From the NCBI GenBank assembly GCA_951406725.2, contig OX597831.1:23188001-23252000 (forward strand): a stretch of DNA of 64,000 nt, in the 5' to 3' direction. Positions 11,791 through 23,310 of the stretch are shown one piece after another. The translations under genes and the position numbers were made by a program. Each line of letters begins with the position of its first letter. The first letter of the stretch is position 1. The DNA is from Octopus vulgaris (lineage: Eukaryota). Under the pieces are notes generated by a model, which was not told where the DNA came from, did not search any database, and was given only the letters and a program-made list of their open reading frames with translations.

Positions 11791-12442
11791 CTTGTTTACA
11801 CATCGTTTAGAATTGATCACGCTTTATCACATAGCATTGAGATTTCGATGCTGTGATGGTTTATTTCAGAATGACATTATTGGGTGAGTGTGAGAGTCTA
11901 GATCCAGCCAGTTTGTACACAAAAGAGGTAGAAGATATGGGATGAACATGACTGGTTTAAATATTAAAGAGTTAAATTACAGGCGTAATCCACATGATGG
12001 TCTTCTACACAGTTTCCATGTACCAAATTCGAATCTTAAGCCTCAGATCACTCCATCTCTGATGCAGAAGCTTGCCCAATATGCCATGTACAGACATATA
12101 TATATATAGAGAGAGTTCTTGCATTTGAGAAGCATTTAACAATATTAATAGATCTTTTCTGTGGTGTTTTAGGTTTGTAATTAGGTTTTATCAAATATAT
12201 TCTGCAAAACAGAAAACCTTTTAAAACTACTTTTTGAAAATGCATTCCAAGTCAATTCATGTCACACATCAGTTCTACTCTGTGACAGCTTGTGTATATA
12301 AATGGGTGAATTTCGAAAGATTTAAACTTTTTTTTTCTTTCTCTTGCTAATGAGAATAATGTAGATGTATGTATACATTTAATTGATAAATATAATGCTT
12401 ATATGTGTGTAACATAAATTAATATCAAGTGATTTTAAGGTG

Positions 12443-12672
12443 TTATCACCATTTAATGTCTGTTTTCCATGCTGTCATGGGTTGGACGGTTTGACATGGA
12501 GCTGGTAATCAGGAAGCTGTCCAGACACCAATTGTTTGTTGTGGCATGGTTTCTACAGATGGATGCCCTTCCTAATGCCAACCATATAACAGAGTGTGCT
12601 TCGTGCTTTTTATGCACCACCAACATGTGGTTGGTAAGCAAGCTACTTACTACACAGCCACTCCTGCACCTC
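12443..12672 (-). mobile_element. RTE 3'UTR end fragment (12443-12622) fused to a SINE A head fragment
   Basis: ttccatgctgtcatgggttggacgg and ggatgcccttcctaatgccaacc, then catgtggttggtaagcaagctactt. Confidence 0.75.
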
Positions 12673-12689
12673 ATAACTTTTCCAGACCT

Positions 12690-12850
12690 CTGCTTCAGAA
12701 AAACGGCAGTTCTTGGACAGTGTGAAAAGGACAAAAGTTTTGTCCTTTTCACACTGTCCAAGAGTTGCTGTTTTTCACCTTCTTCTTGAAACACCCATTC
12801 ATTTGTCTGATGTTCCTTGTAAGCGCCTTGTAACATTCTCCTTCACAACC
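12690..12850 (-). mobile_element. Decayed RTE ORF2 fragment containing a long hairpin
   Basis: YKEHQTNEWVFQEEGEKQQLLDSVKRTKL resembles the RTE C-terminal TNExV...LLxxVKxRKL motif. Confidence 0.55.
12698..12776. repeat. 79-nt inverted repeat with a perfect 53-bp core (12711-12763)
   Basis: 26-bp perfect arms around a single G at 12737; extends to 39 bp with three mismatches, all G-U on the + strand. Confidence 0.95.
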
Positions 12851-12976
12851 ACATGTCAGATGAGTACTAATGTCTATGGAATACTCATCCGCTTTATATA
12901 TTAATTCCGAGAGTAGGTCCTTCCGTTGAGAGATGAATAAAATACACATCAAAACTAATGGAGAATTGGACCAATT

Positions 12977-13020
<44 letters not shown>

Positions 13021-13034
13021 AACAGATCAAATAA

Positions 13035-13290
13035 AAGGATCAGGAGTCCTTCCTGTGCCATTGAGCTCATATGGCCAGTTTCCCAGATTTTGTGGCATAT
13101 GTATTTCTGCTCCTGGATGGGAAGCCAGTTCATCGAAGAATTACTCACTTTTGCCAGCTGAATGCATTGGAGCAATATGGAACGAAGTGTTTTGCTGGAG
13201 ACCACAAAGCATTACTTGATCCAGAAATCGAACTCACAGTCATACAATTATGAGTGCATTATCCTAACCACTAAGCCACGTGACTTCACA
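13035..13290 (-). mobile_element. SINE: head E plus tail Y, degenerate
   Basis: Reverse complement aligns with 16413-16662 (ttactcacttttgccagctga, aatcgaactcac, aaccactaagccacgtg). Confidence 0.7.
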
Positions 13291-13318
13291 CAAATAGACA
13301 GAGAAATAGGTGATATAT

Positions 13319-13525
13319 TCTCTTTTACTCTTTTACTTATTTCAGTCATTTGACTGTGGCCATGCTGGAGCACCACCTTTAGTTGAGCAAATCAACCCCA
13401 GGACTTCTTTGTAAGCCTAGTACTTATTCTATCAGTCTATTTTGCTGAAGCACTAAGTTACAGGGACGTAAACACACCAGCATCAGTTGTCAAGCAATGT
13501 TGGGGGGACAAACACAGACACACAA

Positions 13526-13582
<57 letters not shown>

Positions 13583-13978
13583 TACATATATATATACGTA
13601 TATAGGGAGAGTTTACGAAAAAAACAAAAGACGAAGACAGGTGGTGTACAAAACAAACAGATGTATTAGTATAATGCTCAGGAATCGAAAAAGTCTTTTA
13701 TGTTTCAAGCCTATGCTCTTCTAGTGCAAGGGACACAGATAAAACAAGGAGAGAAAAAATGTGTGTAGTGGCTAACGGTCTATCATGGTGACTATATATA
13801 TATGCATATATACGACAGGTTTCTTTGTGTTTCTGTCTACCAAATCCACTCACAAGGCTTTGGTCGGCTCGAGGCTATAGTAGAAGACATTTGCCCGAGG
13901 TACCATGCAGTGGGACTGAACCGAGAACCATGTGGTTGGTAAGCAAGCTACTTACCACACAGCCACTCCTCCGCCTAT
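13319..13978 (-). mobile_element. SINE A interrupted in its internal microsatellite by the 13601-13792 element
   Basis: 3' half at 13319-13530 and 5' half at 13810-13978. Confidence 0.88.
13601..13792 (-). mobile_element. ~190-bp dispersed element, Penelope-like terminal repeat candidate
   Basis: Homologous to 14611-14781; inserted in (TA)n; hammerhead-like GAAGAGCATAGGCTTGAAAC on the minus strand. Confidence 0.5.
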
Positions 13979-14563
13979 ATAGAGAGAAATAAATTGATAG
14001 AAAGATAAGTAGATGATATACAAATATATACCCAGGCATACCTCAACTCACAAACTCAAATCTTTAAGAGTTGTCTTTTTCAGCTTTACACCTTTTTACG
14101 AAAAAAAATTAATTGAAGAAAATAAATCTCAACTTCTGTTGATTTATCTGATATTATGTCAGTCTCAGCAAAGATGCTTAAAACATAGAAATTTTTAAAA
14201 AGCAGCAAAAAAAAAAAAAACGCCAATGCTGCGATAGAAAATCCAATAAAATATGAGTTAAAGTATGTACAGACCATTTATTAAAACAGATATAAGCCAA
14301 TAAAGTTTTTTAAATGTCTTTTTTGTGCTATGTCGTCTTTCAACTTAAGTCATGTGTCTTTGAACCAGTAACTGTCATAAGTTGAGTTATGCCTGTACAT
14401 ACGTGTGTGGATGAGCATATATAAATATATATATATATATATGCACAGATATATATATGTGCACACACACATATACACACACACATACACACACACACAC
14501 ATGTATATATATATTAATATGCTTATGTGCAAGTAACCTGTATGCAAAGAGTATGCAAGTGTA

Positions 14564-14605
<42 letters not shown>

Positions 14606-14610
14606 TATAT

Positions 14611-14781
14611 ATAGGGAAGAATTCACAAAAAAAAATAAAGACAGGTGGTTTAGACAACAAACAGATATACTAGTATAATGCTCGGGAAGTGAAAAAGTCT
14701 TTAACATTTCGAGCCTACGCTCTTCCACGGAAAGGAACAAGCAGAGAAAATAAAGAATGTGTTGTGGCTAGCAATCTATCA
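14611..14781 (-). mobile_element. Second copy of the Penelope-like terminal repeat candidate
   Basis: gacaggtgg...aacaaacagat...tagtataatgctc...aaaagtcttt...agccta(t/c)gctcttc shared with 13601-13792. Confidence 0.5.
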
Positions 14782-15327
14782 AGGTGCTATGGGTAAATTG
14801 GCACAATTCTATACTATTAACTTCATCCATCTATACTGTTTGTTTTTGATTTTGTAGACTACACAGTATAGTAGGGTAAGTTGGGCACCATCTGTTAGAA
14901 AAACAGCACCATGATGAAATTCACTCTGTCAGAAATTTGGAAATGACATGCTTGCCATTCACAGCGGAAGCTACAATTTGAACATTTCAGAGTATTTAGG
15001 TGTCTATCTGAGGACAGTGCAATCTGAGGACATGTACTGAGAGTGATGAAAATCAATCATGAAGTCAACATCATGGTGTTTGGAGTGATCACTAGCGATG
15101 GTGACATTATGCCTCCATTCATCTTCCCACACGGTCTCAGATACAACACGGTGGCCTACATCAAGCACCGGGAAGAGGTACTGCTGCCCTGGGTCAAGAG
15201 GGTGGCTGCTGGAAGACCCTATGTCTGGCAACAGGACTCTGCACCATGCTACACAAGCAGGAGGACCCAGTCGTGGCTGTTAGACAATTTCTGCGACCAC
15301 ACCACCCCTAACATGTGGCCACCTAAC
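14782..15327 (+). mobile_element. Internally deleted DD37D (maT-like) mariner transposon fragment
   Basis: ORF 15043-15471 has IMVFGVITSDG...YVWQQDSAPCYTSRRTQSWL...WPPN; spacing from QQD through the SPxCxP segment in the 63.6-kb copy fits D37D. Confidence 0.85.
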
Positions 15328-15395
15328 ATATTGACATGCATATGTACATGTAACAAGCATGTATGCAAAGTGTGTGTGTGTGTTTATGTGAACAA

Positions 15396-15432
<37 letters not shown>

Positions 15433-16060
15433 TATGTATATATATATATATATATATATGCATATTTATAATTATGTAAATGTTTATAAAATTATAAAAT
15501 GTGGGTAGTGAATATGATTTTATGCATATTGGTACACGTGTATGTGTGTGTGTATACATGCTTGTATGTGTGTATATACATGCATATGAGTGTGTACATG
15601 TATATGTGTGTGCCGATGTATGTGTGCGTGTGCGTGTGTTTGCATGTGCGTGAATAGACAGAGTTATATTGCATCAGCTTATAGTATAACTTGGCAAGAC
15701 TTTGATTACTGGTGGCTAATAACCAGCCGAGCAACAGTGGCAGTGAAGGGGGCCGAACAAATAAAACCCACTACTTTGTAAATCAACTTCTGCAGATGAA
15801 AAGGTTATAGGTATAAACTTCAATGGCACCTGAAATGGTTAAATAACATGAAATTGGTGCCAACATTGTTGCACTACTTGTCATTTGGCTAATTTCACGG
15901 AAACTTCTGAACATTTTGGCACCTAATAATTGTTGTACATGTCATCCAAGATTTCATTCTTTAAGCCAGTGTATATATATATTCGTATGTATATATATGT
16001 ATATATATATGTATATATATATGTATATATATGTATATATATATATATGTATAAATATAA

Positions 16061-16101
<41 letters not shown>

Positions 16102-16412
16102 AGAAACAATGAATGAATATTTGTATATGTGTGTGTGTGTTTATATGTATGTTTAAATGCATGCATGTACGTGTGTATGTGTGTATGTGGTGTTATTCAT
16201 ATGTGCCCTATTTGCTGGCAGTTTTACAGAAAATGTTGTGCATGTAGAAACTGACATGCAAATATTGGCACCCTGACACAAAGACGAGGATGTAACTACG
16301 TATATATATATATTTGATATATATATATATATTTAATATATATACATACATATATATATATTATAAAACCATTCTCTCTGGTTATGATTATATTTACATA
16401 CATGCATATATA

Positions 16413-16662
16413 TAGGTGGTGGAGGCACGTGGCTTAGGGTATCAGCATCATGATCGTGAGATTGTAGTTTCGATTCCTGGACCGGGCAACGCGTTGTGTT
16501 CTTGAGCAAAACACTTCATTTCACGTTGCTCCAGTCCACTCAGCTGGCAAAAATGAGTAACGCTGCGATGGACTGGCATCCCTTCCAGCTGGGGAACACA
16601 TATGCCATTGAAACTGGGAAACCGGACCCATGAACCTGGCTAGGCTTTAAAAGGGCACATTT
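16413..16662 (+). mobile_element. SINE: head E plus tail Y
   Basis: ggaggcacgtggcttag, gtttcgattcc B-box, ttcttgagcaaaacactt core, ctgcgatggactggcatccc tail. Confidence 0.85.
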
Positions 16663-16680
16663 ATTATTACTATTATATAT

Positions 16681-16854
16681 GTAGGTGCAGGAGTGACTGT
16701 GTGGGAAGTAGCTTGCTTAACAACCACATGGTTCCAGGTTCAGTCCCACTGCATGGCACCTTGGGCAAGTGTCTTCTATTATAGCCTTGGGCTGACCAAA
16801 GCCTTGTGTGTGAATTTGGTAGATGGAAACTGAAAGAAGCCCGTCGTATATATG

Positions 16855-16889
<35 letters not shown>

Positions 16890-17100
16890 ATATGTTTGTG
16901 TCTGTGTTTGTCTCCCCAACATTGCCTGACAACCGATGCTGGTGTGTTTACGTCCCTGTAACTTAGTGGTTCAGCAAAAACAGAGCAATAGAATAAGTAC
17001 TAGGCTTACAAAGAATAAATCCTGGGGTCGATTTGTCTGACTAAAGGCGGTGCTCCATCATGGCCACAGTCAAATGACTGAAACAAGTAAAGAAACTAAA
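16681..17100 (+). mobile_element. Full-length SINE A
   Basis: Near-consensus head to tail. Confidence 0.92.
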
Positions 17101-18014
17101 TATGTATATATATATATATATATATATCCATACAGATATGCATATATGTAAACTTGTATATAAATGTATATGCACATATATGTTTGCGTGACTGTGTGTG
17201 TGTCTGTGTGTGAGTATGGGTAGATATGCACACATACAAATGTGAGTACATCTATACATACACACATACAGATTGACACTAAATCTGCTTATAGTCTGTG
17301 ACATACATACATGTACATATGAATACAAACTTGTATACAAAATATAAACACACGGCTGTACACAGTATACACAGAATGCACTATTATAGACACACATACA
17401 TACATAGATATGCACATATATACACACATAGATACATATATTCATACATGTAGACACAAATAGACAGTCACACATATACGCACACACTGAAACAATGATA
17501 GTATAGTGAATGTTGATGGAAGACAAATATTAATTATTTGGTTTAGAAACATTTTTTCATTAACTTTAATGAGAAGTGAAAGAAAATGAGACAATTAGCT
17601 TCGTTTTGACAAAATTTATTATTTGACAAAATTTATTGTGATGTAACAGAATTGATAGCATACCAAAGTTTGTCCTCATAGGTCACAAGATCAAAGCATT
17701 CGATTTGATATATTAGTTCGACAATGTTTAGGACAGTCACGGGCAAATGACAGCTCATGGGTCTTCCTGATTGATTAGCACAATTAATAAAAAATAATCT
17801 TCAGTTGCTATTAGTAACCTGTCTGATGATAAGCCATGCTTCATGTAGTTTCTTTCACAAGAATACTTACTTGCCCATACTTCATCTAGGATGATAACCA
17901 AAGAGGTTGCTTTTCAGTATGACACCTGAGTGCTTAGAAATAGCAGTCAAATCGCTCTCAAATAACTGCCTTCGGTTTTAAAAAATGTTAGAAGATGGGA
18001 CAAATTTGTCTGGA

Positions 18015-18345
18015 AACATCTGTTGTCAAGTGATGGTGGGGGGACAAATACAGACATACACACGCACACACACACATATATACGTCGGGCTTCTTCTAGT
18101 TTCCATCCACCAAATCCACTCACAAGGCTTTTGTCGGCTCGAGACTATAGTAGAAAACATTTGCCCAAGGTGACACGCAGTGGGACTGAGCCCAGAAGCA
18201 CTTGACAACCGATGTTGGTGTGTTTACATCCCCGTAACCTAGCAGTTCAGCAAAAGATACCGATGGAATAAATAATTCCTGGGTCAATTTGTTTGACTAA
18301 AGGTGGTGCTCCGGCATGGCCACAGTCAAATGACTGAAGTAAATG
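18015..18345 (+). mobile_element. SINE A with inverted 5' half
   Basis: 18015-18198 is the 5' half on the minus strand; 18199-18345 is the 3' half on the plus strand. Confidence 0.8.
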
Positions 18346-19391
18346 AAAAAAGAAAAAAAGAAAAAAAAGAAAACATGATTAATATATCTCGGTATTTTGT
18401 ACTAGTAACTAATATATCTTCACATATGGTTAATATTTCTCAATATTTTGCAAAACTAATCTCTGTATCTACCAATATCCTGTAAAAAAATCTTGCTACA
18501 TATATTTGTATGAGTAGAAATATTAATACATTTTGTTTCGCTCATTGCAACTTATATAATTTTTTTGTCCTATAATCTGGAGTTTGTCCATCATACGACA
18601 TAGTGAACAGAACAACCAAACATAATTAATATCCAGATCATAAAACTTCGAAGCATAAAAAATATGAATTAATATCTTACTGTGCTTGTAATAATATTTG
18701 AAGAAAAGCAAATATATATATGTATATATATGTGTGTGTGTGTGTCTTTATACATGTGTATGTGTATGTATATATACATATGTATATGCGTGTGTATATA
18801 TACAAATATATGTGTGAATGTATGTATGTGTGTATAAAACATAAAATATAAAATACATGAAAAGGAACTAAATTTGGATTTCTTGGCTTGAGTAATATCT
18901 GAGATAACAACCTGAAAAAAAAAGAAGAAAAAATTGAACAAACAGATATATAACTTTAACAGGGACACCTGATAGATATTTTTTTCATGTGCGTGTGATT
19001 CAGTTATGTTTGATAGTGAAAACGGGTGAAGGAATATCGGCGAAGAATGTTCAGGAAAAAAAAAAAATAAATAAAAAGATAAAGAAGCTGGATCACTTAA
19101 TGTTAATTACATCATTCCTGATGCGGCGCTAATGAACCCGTCATTTATTTATCATCATGTTGTTATGTGCACTAAATGTTGCAGCCCCGCAACTTTCATA
19201 CGTTACTTTTTCGTTTCGTTTTTTTTCTTTTTTTTTTTTTTGCTTGAATTTTTTTTTTTCTGCGGTGGTAGTCGTGGTGGATTTTTTTTTCCATCTCAAA
19301 AGCTGTTGTCCATCATACAGCAACCTTTTTTTCTTTCTTTATTCCTCCTTTTATAGAATTATTACATCATTTGATGTATTTACATGTCGCT

Positions 19392-19425
19392 TTATCATCA
19401 CTATTATTATTATTATCATCATCAC

Positions 19426-19476
<51 letters not shown>

Positions 19477-19514
19477 CATCATCACTATTATTATTATTAT
19501 TATTATTATTATTA

Positions 19515-19545
<31 letters not shown>

Positions 19546-19554
19546 CATCATCAC

Positions 19555-19593
<39 letters not shown>

Positions 19594-19605
19594 CATCATC
19601 ATCAC

Positions 19606-19665
<60 letters not shown>

Positions 19666-19731
19666 CATCATCACTATTATTATTATTATTATTATTATTA
19701 TTATCATTATTATTATTATTATCATCATCAC

Positions 19732-19782
<51 letters not shown>

Positions 19783-19842
19783 CATCATCACTATTATTAT
19801 TATTATTATTATTATCATTATTATTATTATTATCATCATCAC

Positions 19843-19893
<51 letters not shown>

Positions 19894-19902
19894 CATCATC
19901 AC

Positions 19903-19950
<48 letters not shown>

Positions 19951-19980
19951 CATCCCCATCATCATTATTGTTATTATTTC
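19392..19980. repeat. ~590-bp (ATT)n array punctuated by ATCATCATCACT
   Basis: Direct inspection; the poly-I/L/Y ORFs are artefacts. Confidence 0.97.
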
Positions 19981-20143
19981 TTTGATTGCTATCATTATTA
20001 TTATATTATTACTAGTGTTGTTGTTGTTGTTGTTGTTTATATTTGTAGATGCGTAAATCTTGTTCAGGAGAAGTGTATTTTCTATTATGTATTAATGGAG
20101 GTACACACATATGCATGCACACTAAACACAAATGCACGTGCAT

Positions 20144-20178
<35 letters not shown>

Positions 20179-20229
20179 GAGAGAGCAAATTATATTTTCA
20201 ATGTTGCTTCATGAATAGGAGTGTAACTT

Positions 20230-20274
<45 letters not shown>

Positions 20275-20670
20275 ATACACATACATGTAGACATTTATAT
20301 GCATATATATACGTGTATGTATATATATATCTCTACATATATGTGTGTGTGTGTATACACATATATATAGACATTTATATGCATATATATACATGTGTGT
20401 GTGCGAATATATATCTACATATATATGTGTGTGTGTGTATATAGATATATATATTTCTATATACATATATGTGTGTGTGTGTGTGTGTATGTATACACAT
20501 ATATGTAGACATTTATATGCATATATATACATGTGTGTGTGTATATATATATCTACATATATATGTGTGTGTGTGTGTGTGTGTGTATATAGATATATAT
20601 ATTTCTATATACATATATGTGTGTGTGTGTATGTGTATTTCTATATACATATATATATATATATGTACAA
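20230..20670. repeat. TA/TG microsatellite with higher-order duplications
   Basis: agacatttatatgcatatatatac recurs three times. Confidence 0.85.
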
Positions 20671-21439
20671 ATATTCATACACACACACTCACATACATAT
20701 AGGCATCCACACATGCATACATACACATATACACACATTTATATATTGAAAGATAGAAACACAGAAATGACAAGAAGATGAAAACATGAACAATATTTTT
20801 CTTTAGTTTCAATACAGAGAACCAGCAAAAAAAAACCCAAACAAATAAAAAAGTAAAACATAAATAAAAGATAAACAAAACAAACATTAAAACAAATACG
20901 TACAACAACAAAAAAAACCCCCACAAAAAGTACCAACTTATATATCGACTCACTCTCTCTATCATGAAAGAAAACTTTTTTTGTTTGTTTGCACGTACAT
21001 GGAATGGAGGTATGATGGCAAAATATATATATACATAAGTGTGTGTGTGTATGTGTGTGCTTTCATATGCTTGCGTGTTTGCATATGTTCATGTGTGTGT
21101 GTGCGTGTACTTGTTATGGAATTTCATATTCAAAGCTATGAAGTGGTGATGAGAAAAACACTCTCTAAATATTTGCTTTATTGTTTTTATATTACATCTT
21201 ACTTGATTATGATTTTTCCCCACCGATGAAAGCCTAAACTACCAGCAAATCAGTACTGATTCTCCTTTTGACAAATTTTCTTTTCATTGCGTTTTGAATT
21301 TTTATTTCAATTTTTTTTCCTTACTTTTTCTTTTTTTCATTATCGTAGATGTTTTACCAAGAAACCAACCACAACCGCATCAAACCTGCTTTTTGATTTG
21401 AGTGTATCTCAGTTAACTTCCCTCGTGGATTTGCTTTTG

Positions 21440-21667
21440 TGGGGATGGCTGAATCATTTGCATACCGGGCGAAATGCGTAGCCGTATTTCATCTGCCGTT
21501 ATGGTCTGAGTTCAAATTCCGTCGAGGACGACTTTGCCTTTCATCCTTTCGGGGTCGATAAATTAAGTACCAGTTACACACTGGGGTCGATATAATCAAC
21601 TTAATCCGTTTGTCTGTCCTTGTTTCTCCTCTCTGTTTTTAGTCCCTTGTGCCTAGTAAAGAAATAA

Positions 21668-21668
<1 letters not shown>
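21440..21668 (+). mobile_element. SINE B1
   Basis: ccgggcgaaatgc, gagttcaaattcc B-box, gcctttcatcctttcggggtcgataaattaagtacc core, B1 tail. Confidence 0.88.
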
Positions 21669-21703
<35 letters not shown>

Positions 21704-22258
21704 GAGTGAGAGAGCAGTGTATGCCATCAAAGTGACACTGGGGTAAAATATATGAAGCCCAGTATACCCATTCTGACTACCCATCTGATAAGGGTACACC
21801 AGGCACATGCATCACAACCATATGTGTGCAACATGGTGATCTCATATGAAGATAAACAGTGCATGACCTTGCAAGTGGGGCCCAGTTAGAATTTTCTTCT
21901 GGTTGAGTAGCCCATCCCACTCAAAAGGTCCCTGAATAAGGATTGTTTAAGGATGTTGAATGAAACACCCATGTTTCCAGAGGTGAATTATTCAAACCCC
22001 AAAGAATTCCTCTCAATACATGGCTATGAGGCTCCCCCAGTACTTCTGCTCGTGATCAAAGATGCACATATCGTCAGCCACTAAGGGACATGCTCAACTG
22101 GTTAACGTCAAACAACTGACAAGCAAATCTGTGGTATTGAGCAGAATATTTGCTGTAGACCATCTTTTATACCAAGACTCAACAAAGTACATGATAACAC
22201 TTCCAATCAGTTAAAATGAGAAGTTATGAAAGCCACCGCCTGGTACTGCATCAGGGCA
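21669..22258 (-). mobile_element. Family F, ~560-bp element ending in (AAT)n
   Basis: Highly similar to 58495-59053; flanked by (ATT)n on both sides. Confidence 0.85.
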
Positions 22259-22304
22259 GATTATTATTATTATTTTTAATATTATGATTATTATTAAAGT
22301 GATA

Positions 22305-23160
22305 AAGGCGGTGAGCTGGCAGAATTGTTAGCACACTGGGCAAAGATTTTAGTGGTTTTTTGTCTGTCTTTACATTCTGAGTTCAAATTCCACCAAGGTT
22401 GACCTTGCCATTAATCCTTTAAGGACGATAAAATTAGTACCATTTGAACACTGCAATCAAAGTGATTGACTTACCTGCTCCCCCGAAATTGCTGGCCTTG
22501 CGCTAAAATTTGAAACCATTATTATCATTATTTAATGCTTATCAGCATTTCATCTGTCTAAACATTCTAAGTTCAAATTCTATCACGGTTGACTTTACCT
22601 TTCATCGTTTTCGGGGTCAATAAAATAACTGCCAGTCAAACAATGGGGTCGATGTATTTGAGTGTCCCCTCTCCCAAAATTTCAGGCTTTGTGATTATAA
22701 TAGAAAGAATCATCATCATCATTATCATCACAAGTGATTTTTTGAAGGTGGCGAGCTGGCAGAATTGTTAGCACGCTGGGCAAAATGCTTAGCGGTATTT
22801 TGTCAATCTTTACGTTCTGAGTTCAAATTCTGCCGCGGTCAGCTTTGCCTTTCATCCTTTCAGGGTCGATAAATTAAGTACCAGTTGTGTCCTGGGGTCG
22901 GTCTAATCGACTGTGCCTCCTCCCCCCAAATTTCAGGCTTTGCGCCGAGAGTAGAAAAGGAATGTTATCATACCAGACTAAATGCTTAGCGGCATTTTTG
23001 TTTGTGTTTACATTCTGAGTTCAAATTCCGCTGAGATCGACTTTACACCTTTCATCCTTTCAGGGTCGATAAAATAAGTACCAGTTATGCACTGGGGTTG
23101 ACGTAATCGACTAGCCCTCACCCCCAGAATTTCAGGCCTTGTGCCTTGAGTCGATAAGAT
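22305..23160 (+). mobile_element. Tandem cluster of four SINE B2 units
   Basis: Units at ~22305, 22535, 22745 and 22975, each with gttcaaattc, a core and a ggccttgtg/ggctttgtg-type tail. Confidence 0.85.
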
Positions 23161-23241
23161 TACTACAAGTGATTTAAGCTCTCTAGCTTATTGTGAATCA
23201 CGTATTACTTCAGATAGAAGAGTTGTTGGTGGAGAAGGAGG

Positions 23242-23243
<2 letters not shown>

Positions 23244-23309
<66 letters not shown>

Positions 23310-23310
23310 C
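23244..23310. repeat. (AGT)n microsatellite
   Basis: Direct inspection. Confidence 0.95.

Noticed and set aside
19157-20214. Long poly-Ile/Leu/Tyr ORFs
   Set aside because: Translations of the (ATT)n array
22040-22130. HDV-like ribozyme in family F
   Set aside because: A 7-bp P1-like pairing exists, but P1.1 GG, P2 and the catalytic junction could not be placed
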